Assembly (NCBI GenBank): GCA_019244185.1 | Contig: JAFATB010000005.1 | Span: forward strand, 32,001-96,000 | Length of the DNA: 64,000 bases | Source: Acidobacteriota bacterium | Lineage (GTDB): Bacteria; Acidobacteriota; Thermoanaerobaculia; Gp7-AA8 | Reading direction: 5' to 3' | Part shown: piece by piece, positions 1 to 9,215 of the stretch | Numbering within the stretch: position 1 is the stretch's first letter | Layout of the letters: each line of letters starts with the position of its first letter | The notes under the pieces: model-generated | Told to the model about the DNA's origin: nothing | What the model saw: only the letters and a program-made list of their open reading frames with translations | Database searches by the model: none | Translations under genes and position numbers: made by a program

Positions 1-585
1 CGCTCGCTGCGCGATCTGCGGCGCATCAACAGATGGCTCGGCGGCGTCGCGATCTACCGCCGCCTCGCCCGCCGTTTCTCTCCGCGCTCCATCCTCGACC
101 TCGGCGCGGGAACCGCGGACAACCTCGAGGCGATGCCGCAGGTTCCGCTGCGGATCGCGCTCGACTTCAAGCTCGATCACCTGCTCTATCTGCGCGCCGG
201 CTCGCGCGTCGTGCGCGTCGTCGGCGACGCGCAGCGGCTGCCGTTCCGCGACGATGCCGTCGACCTCGCGACGTCCGCGCACTTTTTCCATCACTTCTCG
301 CCCGACGAGAACGTCGTGATTCTGCGCGAGGCGCTGCGCGTCGCGCGAAAAGGCGTGGCGGTGAACGACACGCGCCGCCACTACGCGCCGCTGCTGTTCG
401 TGCTGCTGCTCTCCGCGCTGCGCGTCGTCGGCCGCATCACCCGCTACGACGCGCCGGCATCCGTGCGGCAGGGCTACACGCTGGACGAGGCGCGCGCCGT
501 GGCGCAGCGCGTCGAGGGCGGGCGGGCGGAGGTGGTGCGGGTGTGGCCGTTCCGGTTTGGGCTACTGCTGTGGAAGTCGACGTAG
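1..585 (+). CDS. class I SAM-dependent methyltransferase (5'-partial)
   Basis: Frame 1 is open from base 1 (RSLRDLRRINRWLGG...SILDLGAGTAD), with a GxGxG-like SAM motif and FFHHF motif. This family is typically found next to type III PKS genes. Confidence 0.8.
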   Translation, partial: RSLRDLRRINRWLGGVAIYRRLARRFSPRSILDLGAGTADNLEAMPQVPLRIALDFKLDHLLYLRAGSRVVRVVGDAQRLPFRDDAVDLATSAHFFHHFSPDENVVILREALRVARKGVAVNDTRRHYAPLLFVLLLSALRVVGRITRYDAPASVRQGYTLDEARAVAQRVEGGRAEVVRVWPFRFGLLLWKST

Positions 586-1697
586 CGATCGTCGGTGCCG
601 GCCCCGCGGGCTCGACGCTCGCGGCGCTGCTCGCGCAACGCGGCGTCCGCGTCGCGCTCCTCGATCGCGAAGCCTTCCCTCGCGACAAGCTGTGCGGCGA
701 GTTCCTCTCGTACGACGCGCTGCCGGTGCTCGCACCGCTCGGCATCGTCGACGCGATCGACGCCGCCGGCGCGCCGCACATCACACGCGGCCGCATCGTC
801 GGCTCGCGGCGCACGTACGAGTTCGCGCTGCCGTGCGCGGCGCGCGGCGTGTCGCGCCTCTTCTTCGATGATCTGCTGCTGCGCACCGCGACGTCGCATG
901 GCGCGATTCGTCTCGACGGCACCGCCGCGACAACGATCGACGCGACGCGCGTCAACGACATCCGAGCGCGCGCCGTCGCCGGCGCGTGGGGACGCTGGGG
1001 ACGCTTCGACCAGCAGCTCGGACGCGCGTTCGTGCGCGACCGCGCGCATCGGCACTTCGGCTTCAAACGTCATTACCGCGGCGATCACCCGCGCGACACG
1101 ATCGATCTCTACGCCTTCCCGCGCGGCTACCTCGGCGTGAACGCCGTTGAACGCGAGATCACGAACATCTGCGGCCTCGTGCACGCCGATCGTCTCGCCG
1201 GACATCGCGGCCGCTGGGACGCGTTCGTCGAGACGATCTCGCGCGAAGAGCCGCACGTCGGCGCGTTGTATGCGCGGCAGCAGCCGGCGCAGGAGGGATT
1301 TCTCTCGTCCGATCCGGTGATCTTCCGCGCGCGCGATGCGGTCGAGGCGGGCGTGTTCATGATCGGCGACGCGTCGGGCGTGATCGATCCGCTCGCGGGC
1401 AACGGCATGGCCATGGCCGTACAGTCGGCGCTGCTCGCCGCACCGTTTCTGCTGCGGCTCGTCGAGTCGCCGGCGCATCGCGAACGAATCGAGCGCGAGT
1501 ACCGCCGCGCGCATCGTGCCTTCTTCGCGAAGCGCATCGCGTGGAGTCGACGCGCCGCGTTTTTCCTCTCGCGTCCGCGCCTGCTCGACGCGGCGCTGGC
1601 GACGCTGCGCGGCACCGGAGTCGCGGAGCTGTTCCTGCGCCGCACGCGCGCGTCGCACGAGGACGTGAGCGCGCTGGCCGAACGCTGGTTCTGTTAG
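570..1697 (+). CDS. FAD-dependent oxidoreductase (geranylgeranyl reductase/halogenase-like)
   Basis: GTG start overlaps the upstream gene. Motifs: DVAIVGAGPAG Rossmann fold, FPRDKLCGE, IGDASGVIDPLAGNGM. Confidence 0.85.
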   Translation: MEVDVAIVGAGPAGSTLAALLAQRGVRVALLDREAFPRDKLCGEFLSYDALPVLAPLGIVDAIDAAGAPHITRGRIVGSRRTYEFALPCAARGVSRLFFDDLLLRTATSHGAIRLDGTAATTIDATRVNDIRARAVAGAWGRWGRFDQQLGRAFVRDRAHRHFGFKRHYRGDHPRDTIDLYAFPRGYLGVNAVEREITNICGLVHADRLAGHRGRWDAFVETISREEPHVGALYARQQPAQEGFLSSDPVIFRARDAVEAGVFMIGDASGVIDPLAGNGMAMAVQSALLAAPFLLRLVESPAHRERIEREYRRAHRAFFAKRIAWSRRAAFFLSRPRLLDAALATLRGTGVAELFLRRTRASHEDVSALAERWFC

Positions 1698-1710
1698 AGT
1701 TTTCCATTCC

Positions 1711-2373
1711 ATGGCGCCGTTGCCCGAGGGCGAGTTTCTGCTGCCGTTGTTCCCGCTGCCGAACATCGTCTTCTTCCCGCACACGCGGCTGCCACTGCAC
1801 GTTTTCGAGCCGCGCTACCGGCAGATGGTGAAGGACGTGATCGAGGCGGATCAGCGCTTCGGCATCGTGCTGCTGCGGCCGGGATGGGAGCCCGATTACT
1901 TCGGCGCGCCGCCGGTCTTCGAATGCGGCACCGTCGGCACCGTCGAGCAGGCCGTGCCGCTGGAAGACGGCCGCTTCAACATCGTCGTGCGCGGCGACGT
2001 CCGTTTCCGCATTGTCGACGAGGTGTCGCGCGTCCCGTACCGCACCGCGCGCGTCGTCGCGCAGCCGGAAGTCGAGCGCGATTCCTCAAAGGCGTACGCG
2101 CAGCGCGAATGGCTCGCCGATCTCTCGCGCCAGTACCTGAAGTATCTCCCCGACCAGACCGCGGTCCCCGAGATCGAAACCGTGAGCCTCGACGCGCTCG
2201 CGAACGCGCTCATCATGTCGCTCAACCTCGACGTCGAAGAGAAGCAGAAGCTCCTCGAGCTCAGCGACGTCATCGCCCGCGCCGAGGAAGTCGGTAACGA
2301 GCTCACGAGCCGCATCGAAAGTTTGCGGTTCCTCGCGCCGTATCGGAAGGCGGGGGATCCGACGCACAACTGA
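1711..2373 (+). CDS. LON peptidase substrate-binding domain protein
   Basis: LPLFPLPNIVFFPHTRLPLHVFEPRYRQMV signature; no AAA or protease domain. Confidence 0.9.
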   Translation: MAPLPEGEFLLPLFPLPNIVFFPHTRLPLHVFEPRYRQMVKDVIEADQRFGIVLLRPGWEPDYFGAPPVFECGTVGTVEQAVPLEDGRFNIVVRGDVRFRIVDEVSRVPYRTARVVAQPEVERDSSKAYAQREWLADLSRQYLKYLPDQTAVPEIETVSLDALANALIMSLNLDVEEKQKLLELSDVIARAEEVGNELTSRIESLRFLAPYRKAGDPTHN

Positions 2374-2408
2374 GGGGGAATTCTCCGCGCGATGCCCTCT
2401 CACAAGGC

Positions 2409-4250
2409 ATGGCCGAACGGTACGGAGTTCTCCGCCCGACCCCTCCCACGCCCCGCCGCTCCCCCGAAGTCGAACATGATGTTCGCGCCGCGCGCGACCG
2501 GCGTGTCGATCCGCTGCGGCCGCGCGCCGTCTTCGTCGCGCACGGTATGGGTCAGCAGGTACCTTTCGCGACGATGGACGATGTCGCGCGCGGGCTCTGC
2601 AAGACGGTCGAAGACATGGGCGGGACGGTCGAGGAAGTCAATGCGCGGACAGTACGCATTGGCTGCGAGACCGTGCAACGGCTCGAGCTCGAACTAAAAG
2701 CGAAAGACGGCGCGCCGCTCGCGCCGATCCACCTCTACGAAGCGTACTGGGCGCCGCTCACCGAAGGTGCGATCGGACTTTGGCAGACGGTGCGCTTTCT
2801 GCTGAGCGGCGGCATCAACGCGCTACGTTCGAACGCGCGCCTGAATCGGTTTCTGTTCGGCCGGCCACGGCAGTTTCACATCAAGCGTTTGGATATCTTC
2901 TTTCTCCTCGTTGCCGTCGTGTCGATCGTCGCGATGCTCATCGTCGGCACGACCATCGGCGCCGTGGCGGTGGCGCGACTGACGTTCGCCGGCGCGCAGT
3001 GGGTGACCGAGCCGCTCGTACGCGAGCTGACGACGCTCTGTGAGACATTCGTCGGCGTGATCGCCTGCGCCGTGTCGACCGCAGTAGCCATCATTGCCAT
3101 AGCCCGGATCGTTCGGCGCTGGAGCGACGGCGGCGCGGCGCGATACATCAGCATGTTGGCGATTGTGCCGGCCGCGGCCATCCTCATCGCCCTCGGTCTT
3201 ACCGCATACATCGCCATCCCGCTGGCTTTCCTGTTCAACGAAAAGATGCCCTTCGGCGCGCGCACCTGCGAGTGGTGCAAGTACTCATCCACCGGCTGGG
3301 GTAAATCGTTCGCCAACACCGTGGGGCGGCTCCACGAATACCTCCTGCGGATCCAGCACTGCAGCCTGCCCGAACGGTGGGCGTGGTGGGCACTCGTCGG
3401 AACTGCGGCTGTGATCCTGTTTTACGCGTTGCAGGCGATTGTCTTCGGCGGAAAAGACGAAGCCGGTCGCACAGTCGGTGGCCGTCTGACCGGCGCTTTG
3501 CTCTCCTCCATTCTGCTGCTCGCGGTCCTCGCCGTCTGCAACGACAGCGGCATGCTTGCCCTGCTCACCTGGCTGCTGCTCGCCGGTTCGGCGCTCTTCG
3601 TCCGCTCGTTCCTCATCCAGTACGTCGGCGACGTTGCCATCTACGTCGCGCCGCATATGGTTGACCGGTTTTTCGACTTGCGCATCCGCATCAAGGCTGT
3701 CGTTTGGCGCGCCGCGCGCGCGGTGTACGCCTGTGTCGGCGAGGACGGCGAGTTGCTGTACGACAAGGTCGTCATCGCCGGACACTCGCTCGGCTCCGTC
3801 GTGGTTTACGACGTGCTCAATCGCCTCATCAACGAAGACGATCTCGCCGGCGGCGCCGCGCCGGAGTGCTGCGAGGACGCGCCGGTCGAGTTGCTCGACG
3901 TCAGCCGGCGCACGAAGCTGCTCCTCACGTTCGGCTCGCCGCTCGACAAGACCGCCTTCGTCTTCGCGCGGAACGATCCGCACGGCGGCAGCGAGCGCGA
4001 TGCGCTTGCGTCATCGGTACAGCCGCTCATCGCCCGCGAGCGCGACTTCGCGTGGGTGAACGTCTGGACGCCCTTCGACATCCTCGGCGGTTCGCTCGAG
4101 TTCTATGACACGCCGGAGGGCGATCCCGATCGAAACGAGCCTCGTGTCGTCAACAAGATCGATCCCGACGCGATCACACCCATCGCGGCCCACAACGAGT
4201 TCTGGCACAACTCGCTGATCTACAAGTACATGTACTACGCGCTGGAATGA
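2409..4250 (+). CDS. membrane protein with interrupted alpha/beta-hydrolase fold
   Basis: HGMGQQ, EAYWAP, GHSLG nucleophile elbow, TFGSPL and C-terminal AH, with several hydrophobic helices inserted centrally. Confidence 0.7.
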   Translation: MAERYGVLRPTPPTPRRSPEVEHDVRAARDRRVDPLRPRAVFVAHGMGQQVPFATMDDVARGLCKTVEDMGGTVEEVNARTVRIGCETVQRLELELKAKDGAPLAPIHLYEAYWAPLTEGAIGLWQTVRFLLSGGINALRSNARLNRFLFGRPRQFHIKRLDIFFLLVAVVSIVAMLIVGTTIGAVAVARLTFAGAQWVTEPLVRELTTLCETFVGVIACAVSTAVAIIAIARIVRRWSDGGAARYISMLAIVPAAAILIALGLTAYIAIPLAFLFNEKMPFGARTCEWCKYSSTGWGKSFANTVGRLHEYLLRIQHCSLPERWAWWALVGTAAVILFYALQAIVFGGKDEAGRTVGGRLTGALLSSILLLAVLAVCNDSGMLALLTWLLLAGSALFVRSFLIQYVGDVAIYVAPHMVDRFFDLRIRIKAVVWRAARAVYACVGEDGELLYDKVVIAGHSLGSVVVYDVLNRLINEDDLAGGAAPECCEDAPVELLDVSRRTKLLLTFGSPLDKTAFVFARNDPHGGSERDALASSVQPLIARERDFAWVNVWTPFDILGGSLEFYDTPEGDPDRNEPRVVNKIDPDAITPIAAHNEFWHNSLIYKYMYYALE

Positions 4251-4281
4251 CGACGCCGCGCGCCCGTCCGTATCACCGTCA

Positions 4282-5022
4282 ATGCCCCGCCCCATCGTCG
4301 TCGCGCTCGTTCTCGCCCTCCTTCCCCTCCCCGCCCTCCCGCGCATGCGGGCGCCTGCGAGTCGCATCGACGCGGCGCGGCGGGTGCTCGTCATCACCGC
4401 GCATCCCGACGATGAGTTGCTGCTCGCGCCGTTGCTCGCCGATCGGTGTCTGCGCGCGGGGGCGAGCTGCGCGTTCGTGGTCATGACGTCGGGGGAGCAC
4501 GGCGCGTGTGCGCTGGGCGCATGCGTGCCGGACCTCGGCACCGTCCGCAGGAACGAGATGGCGCGGGCGGCGGCGATGTTCGGCGCGCGGCTGACGCAGT
4601 GGGCGTTCGCGGACGTCATGGACGACGTCGACGCGACGTGGGCGGCGCAGGCGGGAGGGCGGGAGGTGCTCGTGCGGCAGCTCGCGGATGTCATCGCCGC
4701 GGAGACGCCCGATCTGATCCTCACCTTCGATCCGGCGCATGGCTCGACCGGGCATCCGGCGCATCGCGCGGTCGGACAGCTCGTGCTCGACACCGGCGCG
4801 CGCAACATCTATCTGCTCGAAACGCTGGCGCGGTTCGACGGCGACGGCTTCGTGCTCGGCAACGCGTCACCCGACGCGTCGGTGTACGTCGCGAATGACG
4901 ACTGGCAGTTCCTCGTCGACGACGCCGTGAACCACGCCAGCCAGTTCACGCCGGCGCAGGTCGAACATCTCCGCGCGCTGCCGGTCGAGCAGCGCCGCGT
5001 CTGGTTCAAGCCGGCGCGTTGA
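4282..5022 (+). CDS. PIG-L/LmbE family deacetylase, predicted secreted
   Basis: AHPDDE and GHPAH metal motifs; hydrophobic N-terminal signal. Confidence 0.85.
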   Translation: MPRPIVVALVLALLPLPALPRMRAPASRIDAARRVLVITAHPDDELLLAPLLADRCLRAGASCAFVVMTSGEHGACALGACVPDLGTVRRNEMARAAAMFGARLTQWAFADVMDDVDATWAAQAGGREVLVRQLADVIAAETPDLILTFDPAHGSTGHPAHRAVGQLVLDTGARNIYLLETLARFDGDGFVLGNASPDASVYVANDDWQFLVDDAVNHASQFTPAQVEHLRALPVEQRRVWFKPAR

Positions 5023-5716
5023 GCGGGTCACGGAAGATCGTGTCGTGCGGCGCCGACTGCTCCTCGCGCGGCCGTCCGGCCGTGTAGTAGTAGAGCGACA
5101 CCGACTTGCGCGTCACGCCCGCCGGCGACTGCAGCGGATGCGGATGGCCGTGATACGAGGTATCGGTCGTCGAGAAAATGACGGTTCGGTTGAACGACGG
5201 CAGGATGCGCTGGCGGCACTCCGTCATGGAGGCGTTCCACAGCTCCAGATGGCCGCCCCATTCGTCGCGCCATCCTTCATTCAGATAGACGAGCATGTTC
5301 GCGCGGCGGTCGAGCCGCAGCTTCGGATGCACGTTGAAGTCGGCGTGAATCTTCAGAAAGCCGCCCGATTCGATCTGGTGCACGCCGCCGCCGCCAAAGT
5401 ACGGATCGGGGATCAGGCCGTCGATGCCGGTGAGCGCCTCGAGGAACTGCAGCATCTCGAAGCCGTTCATCGCGTCGAGGAACGCGCGGACCTCCGGCGC
5501 GATCGTGCTCTTCTCGTGGTAATACCCGAGCTTCTTCTCCGTCACCGAGTCGAACCGCAGCCAGTCCGTTTCCTCGGGACGCGGAAACGCGGCCAGCACG
5601 CGGCGCAGTTCCGCATCGTCGAAGAGCCCGTCCAGCACGATGTGCGGGAACGGATCGGCGGACTGGTACTGCGCGCGCAGCGCGTGCGGATCGTGGTGCA
5701 ACGTCACCGGTGCCAT
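5006..5716 (-). CDS. 2OG-Fe(II) oxygenase
   Basis: PFPHIVLD, HxD (IHADF), GGHLEL, YHGHP and RKS motifs. ATG at 5716 overlaps the upstream gene end. Confidence 0.85.
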   Translation of the reverse strand: MAPVTLHHDPHALRAQYQSADPFPHIVLDGLFDDAELRRVLAAFPRPEETDWLRFDSVTEKKLGYYHEKSTIAPEVRAFLDAMNGFEMLQFLEALTGIDGLIPDPYFGGGGVHQIESGGFLKIHADFNVHPKLRLDRRANMLVYLNEGWRDEWGGHLELWNASMTECRQRILPSFNRTVIFSTTDTSYHGHPHPLQSPAGVTRKSVSLYYYTAGRPREEQSAPHDTIFRDPLNAPA

Positions 5717-7302
5717 GTCAGGTCGGGTTGCCGCGCGAAGTCGAGCGCGATCTCGGGCGAGTACGTGACCCATCCCTCGGGCGCATCATAACGAATGCGC
5801 AGCGCGAGCCGCGGCACGCCCGCGAGGCGGAAGCCGTCCTCGCGCGGGACCTCGAACGCCTGCACGCCGTTGCCGAGGAGCACCGACCAGCGTCCGCGCG
5901 CATAGGGACCGAATTTCCAGAAGAGCGATTCGCCGCGATGGTGGAACTCCGCGCGCAGCGGCGCATCCTTGCGGATCGAGCCACACCACGCGCGCGCGTG
6001 ATCGGGAATCCGCGCCGTGACCTCCACCACTTCGCGACGCTCGGGGACGTATTCGTAAATGTGCTTGCCGTCGAGCGCGGCGCCGCACAGATAGAAGTCG
6101 TCGTAATACCAGCTCGTGCCGCGGCCGCGGCGGAAGTGCTCTTCCTTCAGCCACTGATACTCGGCCATCGACCCCGCGGGAATCGCCGGCGCGTGCAGCA
6201 CCGCGTTGCCGTCCATCGAGAAGAACGCGCGCGCCTCGTCGCTCATCCGCTTCGCGTGCGCGTACGTCGCCGTCCACTCCTGACGATTCGCCACGATCGC
6301 GGCAGCGCATGCGGCGACGATGAGCGTCTCGCGCGCTCCGCTCCGCCAGCGCGCAACGCCGATCGCGAACGCGACGGACAGCCAGAGCCACGGCACGAGC
6401 GCGTAGCGGCTCTGCATCTCTTTTGACACCGGCAGGATCGGCGCGATGGCGACGACGAACGTCAGCGCCGCGGCGATCCACGCGTGACGCGTCCGCAACG
6501 CGGCGGCGGCGCCGAGCGCCGCGAGCGCGACGAGCAGGAACCCTACCGCCGTGCCCGCGCCCGCGCAGGCGGCGATGACTTTCCACGGAAGCTCCACGAT
6601 CACCGCGGGAAGCTCGCTCGGCGCGATCGCCCAGCCGTAGCCGCCGAAAAGCGTGCCGAGGATGCGCCAGCGCCAGACAAAGTACGCGGCGAACGCGAGG
6701 CCGTGCAGCGAGAGATGCCGCGCGCGTACGCTGAGCGCGCGTTCCGGCAGGCAGACCAGCAGCACCGGCAGCGGGATGGCGATCTCCTTCGCCAGCATCG
6801 CGAAGAAGTACAGCAGCGCGGACAGCAGATTGAGCGGCACCGACATCCGCCGGAACGCTCCGACGAACGCGATGACGGAGAGCGTGCCGAGGAGAATGGC
6901 CTCGAGGTAATGCACGGTCATCAGCTGCGTCGCGAAACTGCAGAGCGGCGGGCCGGCGACGAAGAGCAGCGCGCCGGCGAGCGACGGGATCGTGCGCACG
7001 TAGAACCGCAGCGCGGCGAAGAGCGCGACACCGCACGCGCCGAGGAGCACGAGGTCGACGCGGTACCAGCGCGCGGGGTGCAGTCCCGCCAACTGCATCA
7101 GCGCCTCGTACGTCGCGGTGAGCAGCGGCGTGAAGAGCTTCTGCGGCCAGACGTCGGCCTGCGTGAACGCGTCCGTCCACGGGCGTACGAGTCCGATGTG
7201 CAGAATCCACGCATCGTCGTACGTCCACCACAGTCGCGTCACCTTGCGGTAGAGCAGGACGACGATGGCCAGCAGAAACAGCGCCGCGGCGGTGCGTTTC
7301 AC
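5704..7302 (-). CDS. multi-pass membrane protein, GT-C-fold glycosyltransferase-like
   Basis: N-terminal TM followed by WWTYDDAW (DD loop), LAKE motif, about 10 TM helices and a C-terminal soluble domain. Confidence 0.6.
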   Translation of the reverse strand: MKRTAAALFLLAIVVLLYRKVTRLWWTYDDAWILHIGLVRPWTDAFTQADVWPQKLFTPLLTATYEALMQLAGLHPARWYRVDLVLLGACGVALFAALRFYVRTIPSLAGALLFVAGPPLCSFATQLMTVHYLEAILLGTLSVIAFVGAFRRMSVPLNLLSALLYFFAMLAKEIAIPLPVLLVCLPERALSVRARHLSLHGLAFAAYFVWRWRILGTLFGGYGWAIAPSELPAVIVELPWKVIAACAGAGTAVGFLLVALAALGAAAALRTRHAWIAAALTFVVAIAPILPVSKEMQSRYALVPWLWLSVAFAIGVARWRSGARETLIVAACAAAIVANRQEWTATYAHAKRMSDEARAFFSMDGNAVLHAPAIPAGSMAEYQWLKEEHFRRGRGTSWYYDDFYLCGAALDGKHIYEYVPERREVVEVTARIPDHARAWCGSIRKDAPLRAEFHHRGESLFWKFGPYARGRWSVLLGNGVQAFEVPREDGFRLAGVPRLALRIRYDAPEGWVTYSPEIALDFARQPDLTWHR

Positions 7303-7314
7303 GGGAATCGCACC

Positions 7315-7324
7315 ATCATAGAAT
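7315..7324. promoter_or_regulatory. bidirectional overlapping -10 elements (TATGAT minus / TAGAAT plus)
   Basis: ATCATAGAAT between divergent starts 7302 and 7331. Confidence 0.6.
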
Positions 7325-7330
7325 GCGCGC

Positions 7331-8098
7331 GTGTCTTCGGACCCCCTTCCGTATCGCGAGTTCTACTACCCGCTGAACGTGTTCATGCACATTCTCACGC
7401 ACGAGGAAGGCGGCGTGAGCGCGCTGCACTACGGACTCTTCGCCTCGCCCGATGAAGGGATCGCCGCCGCGCAGGAGCGCTCGACGGCGATGCTGCTCGA
7501 GCGCCTCCCCCCGCCTCCCGCCCGCCTCCTCGAAGCCGGCATCGGCCTCGGCACCACGCTCGAGCTGCTGACGCGCATCGGCTACGACGTCACCGGTATC
7601 ACGCCCGACGCGCAGCAGATCGCGATGGTGAACGAACGCTACGGCGACGCGGTGCGCGTGCGCTGCGCGAAGTTCGAGGAGTTCGACGAAGGCGCGACCT
7701 ACGACGCGATCGTCTTTCAGGAATCGTCGCAGTACATCGCATCCGAGGCGCTGTTCGCGCGGGCGAAAGCGCTCGCGCCGCTCGTCGTCGTGCTCGACGA
7801 GTTCTCGCTGAAGCCGATCGACACGCCCGGTGCGCTGCATGCGCTCTCGGAGTTTCTCGAAGCGGCGGATCGCCACGGGTTCGAGGTCACCGAGGAAGTC
7901 GACCTCTCCGCGCAGGCGGCGCCGTCGATCGACTACTTCACCCAGCGCTTTCCGCGGTATCGCAACGCGCTCATCGCGGACCTCGGCCTCACCAGTCAAC
8001 AGGTTGACGAGTTGATCGCGGGGGGCGTCGTGTACTCGGGACGCTACGCGGACGGCACGTACGGCTATCGCCTGCTGCGCCTCGAACGGCGCACGTGA
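7331..8098 (+). CDS. SAM-dependent methyltransferase (sterol/tocopherol MT-like)
   Basis: LHYGLF, AQER, LLEAGIGLG SAM motif, FQES. Confidence 0.8.
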   Translation: MSSDPLPYREFYYPLNVFMHILTHEEGGVSALHYGLFASPDEGIAAAQERSTAMLLERLPPPPARLLEAGIGLGTTLELLTRIGYDVTGITPDAQQIAMVNERYGDAVRVRCAKFEEFDEGATYDAIVFQESSQYIASEALFARAKALAPLVVVLDEFSLKPIDTPGALHALSEFLEAADRHGFEVTEEVDLSAQAAPSIDYFTQRFPRYRNALIADLGLTSQQVDELIAGGVVYSGRYADGTYGYRLLRLERRT

Positions 8099-8102
8099 GA
8101 GA

Positions 8103-9146
8103 TCAGCCGCGGCGCGCGAAGACGCAGTCGCGGCACATGAAGTCGTCCGGCGCCTGTTCGAGGCCGTAGACCCACCGCCGGAGCTTCGCCAGCTCGTCGC
8201 CTACGAGCACTTCCGCGATCGTGCTCTGCGTCAGATCGCCGACGACGTACTTTTCGTCGTAGTCCTCGCAGCAGAGCACGCACTTGCCGTGCGGCGTGAT
8301 GTGCAGGTGCTGCAGCGGACGCGAACCGACGTTGTCGCAGCCCGCGAGCGGACGGCTGCGCTCCGATGCCTTCAGTCCGACGTCGAGCCAGCCGGCGCGA
8401 TCCATGACCACGTGCTGCTCGACGCTGAAGCGGCTGCCGGCGTAACGCTCGCGAATCTCGTCGAAGTCGCGCGCGTGCACGTCGTCGCCCGTGCCGAGGA
8501 CGACGATCTTCATCTCGTGCGCGACGGCGCGATGGGCCATGTAGTCGACGTTGCGCACGACCGCCGCGAGATGATCCTCGCCGCGCGTGGCTTTGTAGCG
8601 CTCGCGGTCGAGCGTCGAGAGATTGATGCAGAGGTAGCGCAGCGGACCTTCCGCCGCGAGCGCGTCGGTCTTCGCCGGCGTGAAGCCGGAGCCGTTGCTC
8701 AGCACCGCGACGGGAAAGCCGGCGGCGAACAGTGTCCGGCACTGATCGAGGAAGCGGCGGTCGAGCGTCGGCTCGTTGTAGCTCTGCAGGAACACACTGT
8801 CGAGCGTCGCGCGATACGGCGCGAGCTCGCCGACGATGCGCGCGAACAGCTCGTCCGGCATCGTGTAGTCGGCGCGCGGCGCGATGGACACCGGGCAGAA
8901 GTAGCAGCGCTGATTGCACGTCGTCATCGTCTCGAGCGAGACGATCTTCAGATGATGGCGGCGTGATAAGTCCGCGCCGTTGCGCAGCAGCCAGCCGTCG
9001 CGCTCGAGCTCCGCGTCCTCACGGCCGTCGCGCTGGAACGCGCGGAAGCGCTCGTATGCCCCATCGCCCGGCACCAGCGCGCGATCCGTCAGCGGATCGT
9101 AGACGCGGTGCTCGTCGATGTGCAGAAACGGGCTCGGGCGGAGCAT
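8103..9146 (-). CDS. radical SAM protein with C-terminal SPASM/Twitch domain
   Basis: CNQRCYFC (CxxxCxxC), YNEPTLD, C-terminal GC...GKCVLCC...CRDC. Start could be 9146 or 9161. Confidence 0.9.
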   Translation of the reverse strand: MLRPSPFLHIDEHRVYDPLTDRALVPGDGAYERFRAFQRDGREDAELERDGWLLRNGADLSRRHHLKIVSLETMTTCNQRCYFCPVSIAPRADYTMPDELFARIVGELAPYRATLDSVFLQSYNEPTLDRRFLDQCRTLFAAGFPVAVLSNGSGFTPAKTDALAAEGPLRYLCINLSTLDRERYKATRGEDHLAAVVRNVDYMAHRAVAHEMKIVVLGTGDDVHARDFDEIRERYAGSRFSVEQHVVMDRAGWLDVGLKASERSRPLAGCDNVGSRPLQHLHITPHGKCVLCCEDYDEKYVVGDLTQSTIAEVLVGDELAKLRRWVYGLEQAPDDFMCRDCVFARRG

Positions 9147-9215
9147 GTGCGCGACCTTCAACGCGAGGAGCGGCGCCGCTGTTCCGCGCGCGCGTTCCGC
9201 GTATCATGCGCCCGC

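Noticed and set aside
8103-9215. RiPP cluster around the rSAM-SPASM gene
   Set aside because: No precursor peptide, clear RRE/PqqD partner, peptidase or transporter nearby.
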